The notes: generated from the sequence alone by a model not told the origin. 64,000 bases of DNA from Escherichia coli (GCF_024700885.2 NZ_CP117016.1), one strand, 5' to 3'. Positions 1 through 10,554 are shown, counted from the first letter of the stretch. A program made the numbers and translations.

Positions 1-350
1 GCTGCAAGGAACATAGTGTAGGTTGCCATATGCGAGGCAGGGAAAAAAAGTGTACAACCACCAATATACAGCGTCAGGCCAATTAAAATTGCCACCTTAT
101 AACTGGTCTTTTTAATCACAAGGGATGCTGGTATTGCAATTAAAAAATAACCTCCATAAAATGCGCTCTGCACCAATGCTGAAGCAAAGTTACTTAGCGA
201 AAATACACTTTTGAATTGAGTGATTAATATGTCATTTAATGCAGCTGCGCATCCCCATAGCGGGAATAAACACGATAACAAAATAAACTGGAACAAGGGA
301 GTCTTATTCAGATATCCATCAGGCATCTGAATGATGTTTTTATCGTTCAT
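1..350 (-). CDS. deoP: Deoxyribose permease (MFS, FucP-like), N-terminal part; gene continues past window start
   Basis: Minus-strand ATG at 350 gives MNDKNIIQMPDGYLNKTPLFQFILLSCLFPLWG..., FucP-like TM segments; lies 27 bp downstream of deoK. Confidence 0.65.
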   Translation of the reverse strand, partial: MNDKNIIQMPDGYLNKTPLFQFILLSCLFPLWGCAAALNDILITQFKSVFSLSNFASALVQSAFYGGYFLIAIPASLVIKKTSYKVAILIGLTLYIGGCTLFFPASHMATYTMFLA

Positions 351-377
351 AGTGCTACCTTTAACTGTGCAGGATGA

Positions 378-1298
378 TTATTCGTTTAAGGTTAAAAATT
401 CATTAAATTGTTCAATACTCGGATAAGATGATTGCGTACCTTTCCCTGTGACGCTGAAAGCGGCAAAGAGAGCGGCTTTTTTCAAAGCGGCTTCAACATC
501 ACCGCTTTGAACATAATAATGGGAAAAGCAACCAATAAATGCGTCACCAGCGCCACTAGTATCAACAGCATTTACTTTGAATGCAGGAACATGGACTTCC
601 TGATCGCGGGTCATCCATAATGCGCCTTTTTCGCTCATGGTAACAATAATATTGTTCAGCCCTTTATCAACTAACGAACGTGCGGCCAAACGAATATGAT
701 CATAAGTATCAACCGACATACCGGTTAATATTTCCAGTTCTGTTTCATTCGGGATAAAGAAATCACATTTGCAGGCATAAGACATATCTAACTCACGCAA
801 TGCCGGAGCCGGATTTAATAACACTTCAATACCATTTATCTTACCAAACTCAATCGCGTGGTAAACTGTTTCCAGTTGAACTTCCAGTTGTAAAACGATC
901 AATTTGCATTTTTTCAGATCTTCTGCAGCTCGATCGATATCTTCCGGGGAAAGAAATTTATTCGCTCCCTTAATTATTAATATACTATTGCTCGAGTTGG
1001 CATTAACAAAGATCGGTGCAACACCACTGCTGGTACAGGGGACCTTCTCAACATAAGTGGTATTAATTCCCCATGATTCAAGATTACGAATAGTATTATC
1101 CGCAAAAATATCATCACCTACTTTAGTCAGCATCAGGACTTTTGAATTCAATTTAGCCGCCGCCACCGCTTGATTAGCACCTTTCCCACCACATCCGATT
1201 TTGAAGGCAGGTGCTTCCAGAGTTTCTCCTTCTTTAGGCATCTGATTAGTGTAAGTAATGAGATCCACCATATTGGAACCAATAACTGCAATGTCCAT
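378..1298 (-). CDS. deoK: Deoxyribokinase, ribokinase/PfkB family (306 aa)
   Basis: MDIAVIGSNMVD... with GG motif (KIGCGGKGANQA) and C-terminal DTSGAGDAF anion-hole motif; start taken at internal ATG with AGAGG RBS. Confidence 0.8.
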   Translation of the reverse strand: MDIAVIGSNMVDLITYTNQMPKEGETLEAPAFKIGCGGKGANQAVAAAKLNSKVLMLTKVGDDIFADNTIRNLESWGINTTYVEKVPCTSSGVAPIFVNANSSNSILIIKGANKFLSPEDIDRAAEDLKKCKLIVLQLEVQLETVYHAIEFGKINGIEVLLNPAPALRELDMSYACKCDFFIPNETELEILTGMSVDTYDHIRLAARSLVDKGLNNIIVTMSEKGALWMTRDQEVHVPAFKVNAVDTSGAGDAFIGCFSHYYVQSGDVEAALKKAALFAAFSVTGKGTQSSYPSIEQFNEFLTLNE

Positions 1299-1603
1299 TT
1301 CACTACCTCTTATAAACTTTCGCATAACAATGGTATTTAAATAACATTAGCATGTTACTTTTGCATCATTTGTGACTGAGATCGCGATTAGCACATCAAC
1401 CCGATGTTTATTTAATAGACTTCCAGTCTCATCACTCAGGCCAACACTATCTAATCATAAGCAACCTAACAAGATTAGTGCCCAAAACTCAGCAGCCTAT
1501 ACCCTTTTCATTTCAAAGGGTCGGTCGTATAGTATGGTAATGAAAACAATGTTTACTAACGCCAAAATGTTATTTTTATAACATTCTTACGGAGAGAGAG
1601 TTG

Positions 1604-2386
1604 ATGGAAACGAAGCAAAAAGAGCGTATCCGACGTTTGATGGAACTGCTTAAGAAAACTGACAGAATCCATTTGAAAGACGCAGCGCGAATGCTGGAAG
1701 TTTCTGTAATGACTATTCGTCGCGATCTCCATCAGGAAGATGAACCTCTGCCACTGACCCTACTGGGTGGCTATATTGTAATGGTGAATAAACCCGCGCC
1801 ATCCATGCCAGTAATCCATGACGTTCCAAAAAATCATCGTGATGACTTACCTATTGCAATTCTGGCTGCCGGAATGGTTAATGAAAATGATCTGATCTTC
1901 TTTGATAATGGCCAGGAGATACCACTCGTTATAAGCATGATCCCGGATGCAATCACCTTCACCGGCATCTGTTACTCACATCGCGTCTTTGTTGCGTTGA
2001 ATGAAAAGCCTAATGTAACAGCAATACTTTGTGGTGGTACGTATCGTGCCAGAAGTGATGCTTTTTACGATGCCAGTAACTCTTCGCCATTAGACTCTCT
2101 CAATCCGCGAAAAATATTTATTTCCGCCAGCGGTGTGCATAATCACTTTGGCGTCAGCTGGTTTAACCCTGAAGATCTTGCCACTAAGCGTAAAGCGATG
2201 AACCGTGGACTACGGAAAATTTTGCTCGCCCGCCACGCGTTGTTCGATGAAGTGGCCTCTGCCAGCCTTGCACCGATCTCTGCATTTGACGTTCTGATTA
2301 GCGATCGTCCGTTACCGGCAGATTATGTTACGCACTGCCAGAATGGTTCTGTAAAGATCATTACACCTGATTCAGAAGACGAATGA
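1604..2386 (+). CDS. deoQ: DeoR-family transcriptional regulator, divergent from deoK
   Basis: N-terminal HTH (RIRRLMELLKKTDRIHLKDAARMLEVSVMTIRRDL) plus sugar-binding-type C-domain; GGAGAGAG RBS before ATG 1604. Confidence 0.75.
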   Translation: METKQKERIRRLMELLKKTDRIHLKDAARMLEVSVMTIRRDLHQEDEPLPLTLLGGYIVMVNKPAPSMPVIHDVPKNHRDDLPIAILAAGMVNENDLIFFDNGQEIPLVISMIPDAITFTGICYSHRVFVALNEKPNVTAILCGGTYRARSDAFYDASNSSPLDSLNPRKIFISASGVHNHFGVSWFNPEDLATKRKAMNRGLRKILLARHALFDEVASASLAPISAFDVLISDRPLPADYVTHCQNGSVKIITPDSEDE

Positions 2387-3431
2387 CTTACTGAAAAAAC
2401 ACCACAATCTTGTTAAACATCGTCGGATTGGACTGATTACGTTGCACTTTCACCACATATTCCAGCTTATCTATTTGGCTTATCACCTACTCCAGACGCT
2501 GGTCATCCTTGACCAGTAGCCAGATATGGCTTTTGTCGCAGTCCTGAATCGGCAGGCAGAGAATGTCTTCAACGTTAAGAGCGCGACGGGCAAAAGCCCA
2601 CAAAGGTGAGTCATTACACCCGGATGGTAAACAGGCACTTCCTTGTTGTAGAAGCCGTTATATTGCCCATAATGTCTGGGTTTTTAATGCATACTGGGTA
2701 ACAACCGGACGAATCTTCGAATATCACTGGCGCTGCCAGCCGGTTTGAATTCATCTCACAACCCTGCATAGAGCGAATCTCCTGCCTGCACGTCACTCCA
2801 CTCCATGGTATCAACTTCACACTCTTTATCTGCGGCTAGCTTCAGCCACCAGATAAGCATCGACTATGAAAGATGAGCCATGACAACATAACGTTGGTAA
2901 CGCTCTGACGCCTTAATGGAAGATGCCTGCCACCATAGGGAATGTAAACGACTGAAGTGTGGCCTTTAATGCCGTGAACGGCTCATGGTCTCCTGGCACG
3001 GTTGCCGCCCCAACCTGTAACAACATTCCACAGTACAATGTCTGCCAGAGTCAGAGCCTCCCATGCTTGTTGTAGTAACTCTACCAGTTACGAACATCCT
3101 TCCTCAAAATTGTTGTCATATCTCGCATGGAAGAAAAGATCCTGGCTAAGGAGCAACACACAACGTATTGCGGAACTTGCATATTTTTCCTGTAACTAGT
3201 GTATTACCACATATGGTAATAGCTACCTGTGTGGTTTCGCTGGATAGCAAGGGGATTTATTCGCAAGTAAAATGCCTGATAAAATACACGAATCTAGTAA
3301 TCATCAATATTTACTCTGGTCGAATGACGCGTGAAAGTGGACGGCCAACAGACGCAGTCAGTGATCTACAGCCTGTTGAATAAAACCCCGGATGCTTCCC
3401 CCGATTCTGCAAGTAATACTTCGGTTATTTG

Positions 3432-3537
3432 CACTATTTTATCCCTGTTGAATTTGGTTAAGCCGGTGCAGACGCGCCGGGAAACGCACACCTGAACCGG
3501 CACAATAAAATACAATACAACCCCCTGTTACTGGAGA
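3432..3537. repeat. 106-bp sequence, identical second copy at 17603-17708
   Basis: Exact match read by eye between the two loci. Confidence 0.85.
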
Positions 3538-3544
3538 AATGCCT

Positions 3545-3838
3545 GCGCCGGGGTCCGATATGGCAGTATTGTTGCAGCCTGCGGCATGGCTCAGGGGATG
3601 GATTTGATGGGCAATATGGCTCCGTTTATTCTGCGTGGTGTCACGCTGAAAGGGATTGATAGCGTCATGTTCGCGAAAGAGAAAAGAGCAGCAATCTGGC
3701 AACAGGCGGTATAGTATTTGCCAGAGTCCAGAATGGATAGTCTCACTACCGTTTATCCGCTCAGTGACGCCATCACTGTGGCTGAAAAACTTCTGAGTGG
3801 CGGAATTCGCGGTCGTGCAGTCATTCAATATAGCTAAT
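3545..3838 (+). pseudogene. C-terminal fragment of a YhdH/AcuI-like quinone oxidoreductase
   Basis: Translation ...VAACGMAQGMDLMGNMAPFILRGVTLKGIDSVMFAKEKRAAIWQQAV(stop)...LSGGIRGRAVIQYS matches the MDR oxidoreductase C-terminus; no N-terminal part, internal stop. Confidence 0.55.
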
Positions 3839-3894
3839 TAGATGGATGCCGAGCTCAGGCTTAGTATAATAAGTTTTAGGGGCTGCGGCCCCTT

Positions 3895-4551
3895 TTACTG
3901 GCCAGTTGTTGCTTCCTGAGAAGACTGATAGCGTACCGAGGTTTTGAAATAGCTCCAGAAGTCGTACACTGGCTCAGTAGAACAATATAGTTTGGAACGC
4001 ATTACCGCACCTTCCCAGCCACTCCAGAAAATAGCCGCCAGTTGTGTATTATTCATATTTGAACTTATTTCGCCTGAAGATAACGCGTCGGACAGGCAGG
4101 CCGCAACAAGTGCCTGCCAGCTCTCAAGAATATTCTGTAGTACTTTAATGAAGGATTGGGGAAGCCCCGGACTCTCCTGCATCATATTTCCAACCAGGCA
4201 GCCGCGGGTAAAATTGTATTTTTTAATCCCCTCACAGGCATCATTGATGAAATTTTCCAGACGTACCATTGGTGTGCAGGATGATTCATGTAGATGTTTT
4301 TTGAGTTTATGCTCGAAGAAACTGTCATAGGCGTTCAGAACGGTCTGAGCATAATCCTCTTTACTCTTAAAGTAGTAATAAAATGAGCCTTTAGGGACAT
4401 TGGCATTTTTAACAATGGCATCGACTCCCGTCGCAAGAAAACCATTCTGCGTCAGCAGTTCAAGGCCACTGCGGATCAGATCATTACGAGTATCTGCATA
4501 GGTACTTTCTGTCTTTCGCGGCCTTCCCCGGCCACGATTTTCGCCTGTCAT
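3895..4551 (-). CDS. TetR/AcrR-family transcriptional regulator
   Basis: N-terminal TetR HTH (RNDLIRSGLELLTQNGFLATGVDAIVKNANVPKGSFYYYFKSKE); GGAG RBS before internal ATG. Confidence 0.8.
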   Translation of the reverse strand: MTGENRGRGRPRKTESTYADTRNDLIRSGLELLTQNGFLATGVDAIVKNANVPKGSFYYYFKSKEDYAQTVLNAYDSFFEHKLKKHLHESSCTPMVRLENFINDACEGIKKYNFTRGCLVGNMMQESPGLPQSFIKVLQNILESWQALVAACLSDALSSGEISSNMNNTQLAAIFWSGWEGAVMRSKLYCSTEPVYDFWSYFKTSVRYQSSQEATTGQ

Positions 4552-4798
4552 GACCCATCTCCTACATTTTATTAACGCAAAAGAATAAGTGATTTTGCGC
4601 GAGAGCTTCAATCAGTTTATCCCCGCAGTGGCAAAGTGTTCGCTTTTGCCGACTGGACAGTGGCAGTGCCTGTCGCTACTGCGCCATCGCTGAACAGTGC
4701 AGAATTAGCAACGTTTGCTTTTGGCACAAAGCATACGCCCATTCTCACGCGAATGCTTTGCCCTTGACTTGCCAACAACCGAATCGCTTGCTCTGCAG

Positions 4799-6091
4799 CT
4801 ATGTTTTTTTATTAGAATATTCGCCACTAAATAAATTATAATAAGTTGATTTTATTAGATATCTATCAGAATCTATATGGTCAGCACGAGTTGCATGCTC
4901 TAATGTTTCAAATGCCAGGGTATGTGCGGCTTCAGCAAATATCCCTGGCCAACCTTTACTCAGCATCGACAGTCCTTTAAGGACTCTTATCTGAATCTCC
5001 CTCATACTGGCACCATCGCGCGCGACAGGTGAGAAAAAGTCTTCCAGTAGATCGTTATTCTGAAGTGGTGCAACATGTACTGAAGGATATTTCACTTCTA
5101 TTTCATCAGATTTATTCTGCGCGTAAGTGGAAAGTATACGAACACCTCTGCCAATGACATCAATGGCGGTTCCAGGATCGTTCACTGCAGGGGAAAGGGC
5201 CCGGCAGGCTATTTCGGCCATGACGCTAAGACAAAATCGAGGATCCTGAGCAAATGAACGTGCATCCGAGACAATAATCGTCTCAAGTAAATCGGTGCTG
5301 ATTGACGACTCCTGGCCCTGACTCAGGTACAAAACTGGCATGGACGGATGTATGAAACTGCCTGGCTGCGCCACGAGGTATACATGACGGGGATCATTGG
5401 TCAGCAGCTTGCTAAGTTTCACCATATCAATATATTCAACATAGCCAATCTTCTTCGGATAAACTGCAACCGTTCCTTTCGGCTGTTCATTGTTCTCAAG
5501 CCATGGATATCCGCCGAGACAGGGATTTCTTGCTCTCGCAATAAATGTTTCGATGGCCGCCTGTTCTACTTGTGCCGTTGTCTCACCAACCCTCCCCAGA
5601 GAGGTCAAATGCTGTATCCAGCGAAGCAATGTGATGAGGATTAAGGCAATGACAACCAGTGTGACAATGAATAAAATGACTCTCCCCCTTTCTCCATAAG
5701 CTCCCATATTGAGGGCAATAATCCCTACCAGACTGAAGAGAAAAGAACCGATGAAGGTGGCCAGTACATTTTGTGTGGTGACGTCTTCAACAACTAAACG
5801 CGTAGCTCTGGGAGTCACATTAGTAGTGGCTGAACCGTAGGCTGTGACCATGATACTCAGCGAAAATGTGGTCACTGCCAGCATACTCGATGCCAGTATG
5901 TTCAGAATGTTATCGACTGCTTCCGCACCAACCTTCACGGAAACCGACTCAGGTATCATTGATTTAAAAAGAATTGATAAAAGGGCCGTTATTATCGCGA
6001 CAATTGCGAATAACGTTGCCCTGAACCATAGTTTTTTAATTGTCTGCTTCAGCATCCATTTCCAGCGTGAAATCATTCTGCATTCCCTCAT
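4799..6091 (-). CDS. Membrane protein, DUF2254-like; start codon uncertain
   Basis: Several N-terminal TM helices followed by a soluble domain; family assignment from memory. Confidence 0.5.
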   Translation of the reverse strand: MRECRMISRWKWMLKQTIKKLWFRATLFAIVAIITALLSILFKSMIPESVSVKVGAEAVDNILNILASSMLAVTTFSLSIMVTAYGSATTNVTPRATRLVVEDVTTQNVLATFIGSFLFSLVGIIALNMGAYGERGRVILFIVTLVVIALILITLLRWIQHLTSLGRVGETTAQVEQAAIETFIARARNPCLGGYPWLENNEQPKGTVAVYPKKIGYVEYIDMVKLSKLLTNDPRHVYLVAQPGSFIHPSMPVLYLSQGQESSISTDLLETIIVSDARSFAQDPRFCLSVMAEIACRALSPAVNDPGTAIDVIGRGVRILSTYAQNKSDEIEVKYPSVHVAPLQNNDLLEDFFSPVARDGASMREIQIRVLKGLSMLSKGWPGIFAEAAHTLAFETLEHATRADHIDSDRYLIKSTYYNLFSGEYSNKKT

Positions 6092-6138
6092 ATTGCGGCC
6101 GGGATAATAATTGCCGCCCCCAGGACGGCATGTTGCTA

Positions 6139-8142
6139 TTAACGAACCAGGTGCAGGAAGTGCAGATGTTTTTCGTACTGGTCCAGTATGTCATTAATCA
6201 GCTGTTCCTGGTTCCAGCCCATCACATCATAATTTTGACCGCCTTCTTTGAGATAAACCTCAGCGCGATAATATCGATGTTGTTCAGTCTGCTGCTCATC
6301 ATTATCCATTGCGGCGAGCGCGAAGGTCGGTGAGATATACCCGCGAAGCCTCACTTCATATATAAAATTCAGCTCGTTGCCCAAATCGACTTCAAGACGA
6401 ATACGATCGTCGACTGCATCACTAATGTGGCTTATCGTCCCCTGCTTGTTCAGTTCCTCCTGAACCAGCGTCATGGCGGGCTGGATAACGTCGTCCATAA
6501 AACGTTTCACAAGAGATCGCTTCGGCAGATACGCGATATTGCGTAACCTTCTCTGCCAAGGAATTGGGTTACGTGCAGCCGTAGGAGCAATTGTCGCCAT
6601 GCTCAGGCTTTCACGCTTGGTCAAATCCCGGCGCAAAGCTTTTAAAAGTCCGTATATAGATATTAGTAAGATCACTGAGAAGGGCAATGCACTCGCTATT
6701 GTCACCGTTTGCAGCGCACTTAGCCCTCCGGCAAGGAGAAGCGCAATTGCAACAATGCCCATGAGCGAGGCCCAGAATATTCGCTGCCAGACGGGTGTGT
6801 TTGCCACTCCACCTGATGCCAGAGTATCCACAACCATTGCCCCCGAATCAGCAGACGTTACAAAGAAGACGATGACCATCGCCATTGCAATGAATGACAG
6901 CACAGAAGAGAACGGGAAATGCTCCAGGAAATTAAACAGGGCCAGCGCCACATCCTGCTGAACAGTATTGGCGAGGTCTGTGGCCCCCTGGTTCATAATG
7001 AGATAGATCGCGCTGTTACCAAACACCGTCATCCACATTAGCGTAAAACCCGCGGGAACAAACAGCACGCCGGTGACAAACTCGCGAATGGTTCGCCCGC
7101 GGGAGACTCGTGCGATGAACATCCCCACAAACGGCGACCATGAAAGCCACCATCCCCAGTACAGTAATGTCCAGCCCCCCAGCCAGTTGCTCGACTTGGG
7201 CTCATACGCGTAAAGGTTGAACGTTTTACTCACCAGTTCCGAAAGATAACCGCCCGTATTTTCCACAAATGACTTCAGCAGAAGCACGGTTGGTCCCAGA
7301 CACAGGACCAGCGCCAGGAGCAACAAAGCCAGACCCAGATTGAGTTCAGACAGGATACGTATTCCCTTATCCAGACCGGACACCACTGAAATCGTCGCTA
7401 ACCCCGTGATGACCACGATCAGAATTACCTGCACCGTTTCATTGATGGGCACCCCGAAAAGATGGTTCAAACCGGCATTCACCTGCAAAACACCGTAACC
7501 CAGTGATGTCGCAACGCCAAAGACCGTGCCTATAACAGCGAAAATATCAACCGCATGTCCTACAGGTCCGTATATGCGATCGCCAATAATGGGATAGAGT
7601 GCGGAGCGCAGAGTTAAAGGCAGACCGTGACGGTAACTGAAGAACGCCAGAATCAGCGCCACAATGGCATAAATTGCCCATGCGTGCAGTCCCCAGTGGA
7701 AAAAGGTCAGACGCATTGCTTCCTTAGCTGCCGCAACGGTTTCTGGAGTGCCAACGGGTGGCGAAAGATAATGCATTACAGGTTCGGCAACGCCAAAGAA
7801 CATCAGGCCGATCCCCATCCCTGCCGAAAAAAGCATCGCAAACCAGGAGTGGTAGCTGAAATCAGGCTGCGCATGGTCCGGGCCCAGCTTGATATCACCG
7901 TAGCGTGAGAGTCCAAGGAACGTGACACTCAGTAAAATCAGGGCCACAGCAAGGATGTAGAACCAGCTGGCATTCGTGAAGATTTGTTGCTGAAGTAGTT
8001 TAAAATTTTTGTCGGCGACATCCGGGAATACGGCGGCAAAGGCGACAAGAAGGAAAATTAGCAAAGCAGATGTAAAGAATACCGCTTTGTTAATCTGACT
8101 TGTAGACTTCTTTGGGATTGTATCATTTTCACTCATAATCAT
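6139..8142 (-). CDS. BCCT-family transporter (BetT-like) with long cytoplasmic C-terminal tail
   Basis: BCCT signature WTLLYWGWWLSWSPFVGMFIARVSRGRTIREF and BetT-like length (667 aa). Confidence 0.8.
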   Translation of the reverse strand: MIMSENDTIPKKSTSQINKAVFFTSALLIFLLVAFAAVFPDVADKNFKLLQQQIFTNASWFYILAVALILLSVTFLGLSRYGDIKLGPDHAQPDFSYHSWFAMLFSAGMGIGLMFFGVAEPVMHYLSPPVGTPETVAAAKEAMRLTFFHWGLHAWAIYAIVALILAFFSYRHGLPLTLRSALYPIIGDRIYGPVGHAVDIFAVIGTVFGVATSLGYGVLQVNAGLNHLFGVPINETVQVILIVVITGLATISVVSGLDKGIRILSELNLGLALLLLALVLCLGPTVLLLKSFVENTGGYLSELVSKTFNLYAYEPKSSNWLGGWTLLYWGWWLSWSPFVGMFIARVSRGRTIREFVTGVLFVPAGFTLMWMTVFGNSAIYLIMNQGATDLANTVQQDVALALFNFLEHFPFSSVLSFIAMAMVIVFFVTSADSGAMVVDTLASGGVANTPVWQRIFWASLMGIVAIALLLAGGLSALQTVTIASALPFSVILLISIYGLLKALRRDLTKRESLSMATIAPTAARNPIPWQRRLRNIAYLPKRSLVKRFMDDVIQPAMTLVQEELNKQGTISHISDAVDDRIRLEVDLGNELNFIYEVRLRGYISPTFALAAMDNDEQQTEQHRYYRAEVYLKEGGQNYDVMGWNQEQLINDILDQYEKHLHFLHLVR

Positions 8143-8246
8143 TTATTCCATTAATTAAATTCGCACTGGATAGAAGGTACTACCTCTCACAAAGTAGCAA
8201 AGTTCAACTGGCTATGCGGCGTTAATCGGAATGCATGGTGGAATGT

Positions 8247-9493
8247 TGAGGTGTACTGGCAATAGCGGACACTACCATTTGTTCTTTTTTTAAGCAGCCA
8301 TCTGATGATATTTTTCCCTGAAGGCTGCCGGGGAGATATTCCCCAGACGAGAGTGACGACGCTGACGATTGTAGAAAATCTCAATGTATTCCCGTATTAC
8401 TGAGATGGCTTCATCCCGGTTATTAAAACGATAGTGGCTCAGGCTCTCATTTTTCAGCGTTCCCCAGAAGCTTTCCATCGGAGCGTTGTCGTAACAGTTA
8501 CCTTTACGCGACATTGATGTTTTCAGACCAAACTGCTCCTGTATGACACGGTAATCGTATGCGCAGTACTGTGAACCTCGATCAGAGTGGTGGATTAGCC
8601 CGGCAGGTGGGCGCTGGCTCCTGAGCGCCATAAACAGGGCTTTACCTGTCAGCTCTTTTGTCATGCGCTCTCCCATGGCGTAGCCGACAATTTCGCACGT
8701 ATAAACATCTTTGATGCCAGCGAGGTACAACCATCCCTCCTGTGTGGCAACATACGTCAGGTCCGCCACCCAGACCTGATTTGGTGCTGTAGGAGCGAAC
8801 GTCTGGTTCAGCAGATTTGGCGCAACTGGCAGATTGTGGTTCGAGTTCGTAGTCGCTCTGAACTTGCGTTTCTGCTTACAGCGTAGCCTTAGCTCCTTAC
8901 GAAGACGTGCCAGTCGGTCACGACCAACGATGATGCCATTCTCTGCCAGCTCCGTCTGGAGCTGCCGGGTTCCATATGTTTCGCGAGTGCGGATATGCGC
9001 CACCTTAATCTCCAGTTTTAGCCGCTCATCACTTTGTTTTCTGTCTGAGGGTTCATGCTGTACCCAGTTGTAATAACCGCTCCTGGATACACCAAATACC
9101 TGACACATCGCTTCAATGGGAAATTGTTGTCGCCATTGTTCGATTAACGCGTATTTTTCAGCGACTCCTGTGCAATTTAATATATCTCGCTCAAGGCGAG
9201 CTTCATTTAACGCCTTACGCAGTTGCAGAATTTCAGATTCCAGTTCAGCCACCGTGCGGGAACCAGGAGTACCGAGCCCTTTTCTGGCGGCGGTAACCCA
9301 TTGTCCTAAAGTGCCTTCAGGAAGAGATAATCGGGAAGCACCTTCACTGATCGAAAGTTGATTTTCAAGAACCGTTCTGACAGCTTCGGCTTTGAACTCT
9401 TTAGAGTAACGTTGGGTTTTTCTGCTCATTATTAGCTCCTTCTGATGCCATTCTATTTCAGGAAGGAGTGTCCGTTAAACTCAGGCTACCTCA
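8247..9493 (-). mobile_element. IS3-family insertion sequence (IS600-like), about 1.25 kb
   Basis: Imperfect terminal inverted repeats TGAGGT...CGGACACT at both ends flanking the transposase ORF. Confidence 0.7.
8290..9429 (-). CDS. IS3-family transposase, OrfA and OrfB fused in one 379-aa frame
   Basis: OrfA-like HTH and leucine zipper (LQLRKALNEARLERDIL) continuous with DDE OrfB (DLTYV, HSDRGSQY, GNCYDNAPMESFW). Confidence 0.85.
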   Translation of the reverse strand: MSRKTQRYSKEFKAEAVRTVLENQLSISEGASRLSLPEGTLGQWVTAARKGLGTPGSRTVAELESEILQLRKALNEARLERDILNCTGVAEKYALIEQWRQQFPIEAMCQVFGVSRSGYYNWVQHEPSDRKQSDERLKLEIKVAHIRTRETYGTRQLQTELAENGIIVGRDRLARLRKELRLRCKQKRKFRATTNSNHNLPVAPNLLNQTFAPTAPNQVWVADLTYVATQEGWLYLAGIKDVYTCEIVGYAMGERMTKELTGKALFMALRSQRPPAGLIHHSDRGSQYCAYDYRVIQEQFGLKTSMSRKGNCYDNAPMESFWGTLKNESLSHYRFNNRDEAISVIREYIEIFYNRQRRHSRLGNISPAAFREKYHQMAA

Positions 9494-9575
9494 TTGGTTC
9501 CCACTACTTATTTGGTGGACACCACTTTGTCTAATTCGTCAGATTCTGACCAGACGGTTCAGGCTGTACGCTTAC
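9494..9575. repeat. 82-bp IS66-family terminal fragment (solo end), identical to 17521-17602
   Basis: Ends in revcomp GTAAGCGTACAGC; identical to the left end of the IS66 copy at 15315-17602. Confidence 0.75.
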
Positions 9576-9609
9576 AAACAACTAGTGGAAATACTTGTAC
9601 TTTATAATT

Positions 9610-10554
9610 TCAAGGGTACGGGTCCGCTTCGTTTGATTTGCGTGTTTTTAACAATTTTAAAACCCAGACATACTGTTCCGGATGTGGCCCCACCAAAATT
9701 TCCACTGTTTTGTTCATTTGTCGGGCAATCATTTTATTGTCCGCGCTGGCAATGCAAGCATCCATTGGTGGCCGAATTTCAATAGTCAGGAGATGTTTTT
9801 TTTCATCATAAACCGGGAAAAGTGGTATAATCATAGCCTGACTGATGTTCATCAGACGTCCAATGATTGGTAATGTCGCTTTATAGGTCGCAAAAAAATC
9901 AGCAAATTCACTGTATTCAGGACCATGATCCTGATCTGGGAGGTAATATCCCCAGTATCCCTGGCGTACTGACTGAATAAATGGTTTTATCCCATCCTCC
10001 CGGGCATGTAAGCGCCCCCCGAATTTACGCCGTACTGAATTCCAGACATAATCAATCACTGGATTTCGTTGCTGATGAAACATGGCGGCCATTTTTTTTC
10101 CCTGAGCTGCCAGCAACATTGCAGGAATATCCACGCTCCAGCCATGGGGAACCAGAAAAATCACATTTCTATTATTGTGTCGAATTTCCTCAAGAATTTC
10201 GAGGCCTTTCCAGAACACTCGTTTCTGGAACTTTTCCGGACCACGAATTGCCAGTTCTGCCATCATCACTATGGATTGCAATGCTGTGGCAAACATTTTG
10301 TCGACAATTATTTCCCGTTCTGTATCACTCTTTTCTGGGAAACAAAGCGATAAATTAATCGTCGCCCTGCGACGAGCTTTTTTGCTCAATCTGCCCACCC
10401 AACGCCCTATTTTTGCCAAGACAGGATCTCTGAATGAAGGGGGAAACATTGAAATACCTGCAATCATTCCCAAAAGGAACCATGTAGACCAGTAAACAGG
10501 GGAAAGGTAATTTTTCTTAAATTCAGGAATAAACTCAGATTTATATTTTTTCAT
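9610..10554 (-). CDS. Lipid A secondary acyltransferase, LpxM/MsbB family (msbB2-like paralog)
   Basis: Lauroyl/myristoyl acyltransferase motifs (FLVPHGWSVD, YLPDQDHGPE); virK fragment immediately upstream as in shf-virK-msbB2 modules. Confidence 0.8.
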   Translation of the reverse strand: MKKYKSEFIPEFKKNYLSPVYWSTWFLLGMIAGISMFPPSFRDPVLAKIGRWVGRLSKKARRRATINLSLCFPEKSDTEREIIVDKMFATALQSIVMMAELAIRGPEKFQKRVFWKGLEILEEIRHNNRNVIFLVPHGWSVDIPAMLLAAQGKKMAAMFHQQRNPVIDYVWNSVRRKFGGRLHAREDGIKPFIQSVRQGYWGYYLPDQDHGPEYSEFADFFATYKATLPIIGRLMNISQAMIIPLFPVYDEKKHLLTIEIRPPMDACIASADNKMIARQMNKTVEILVGPHPEQYVWVLKLLKTRKSNEADPYP

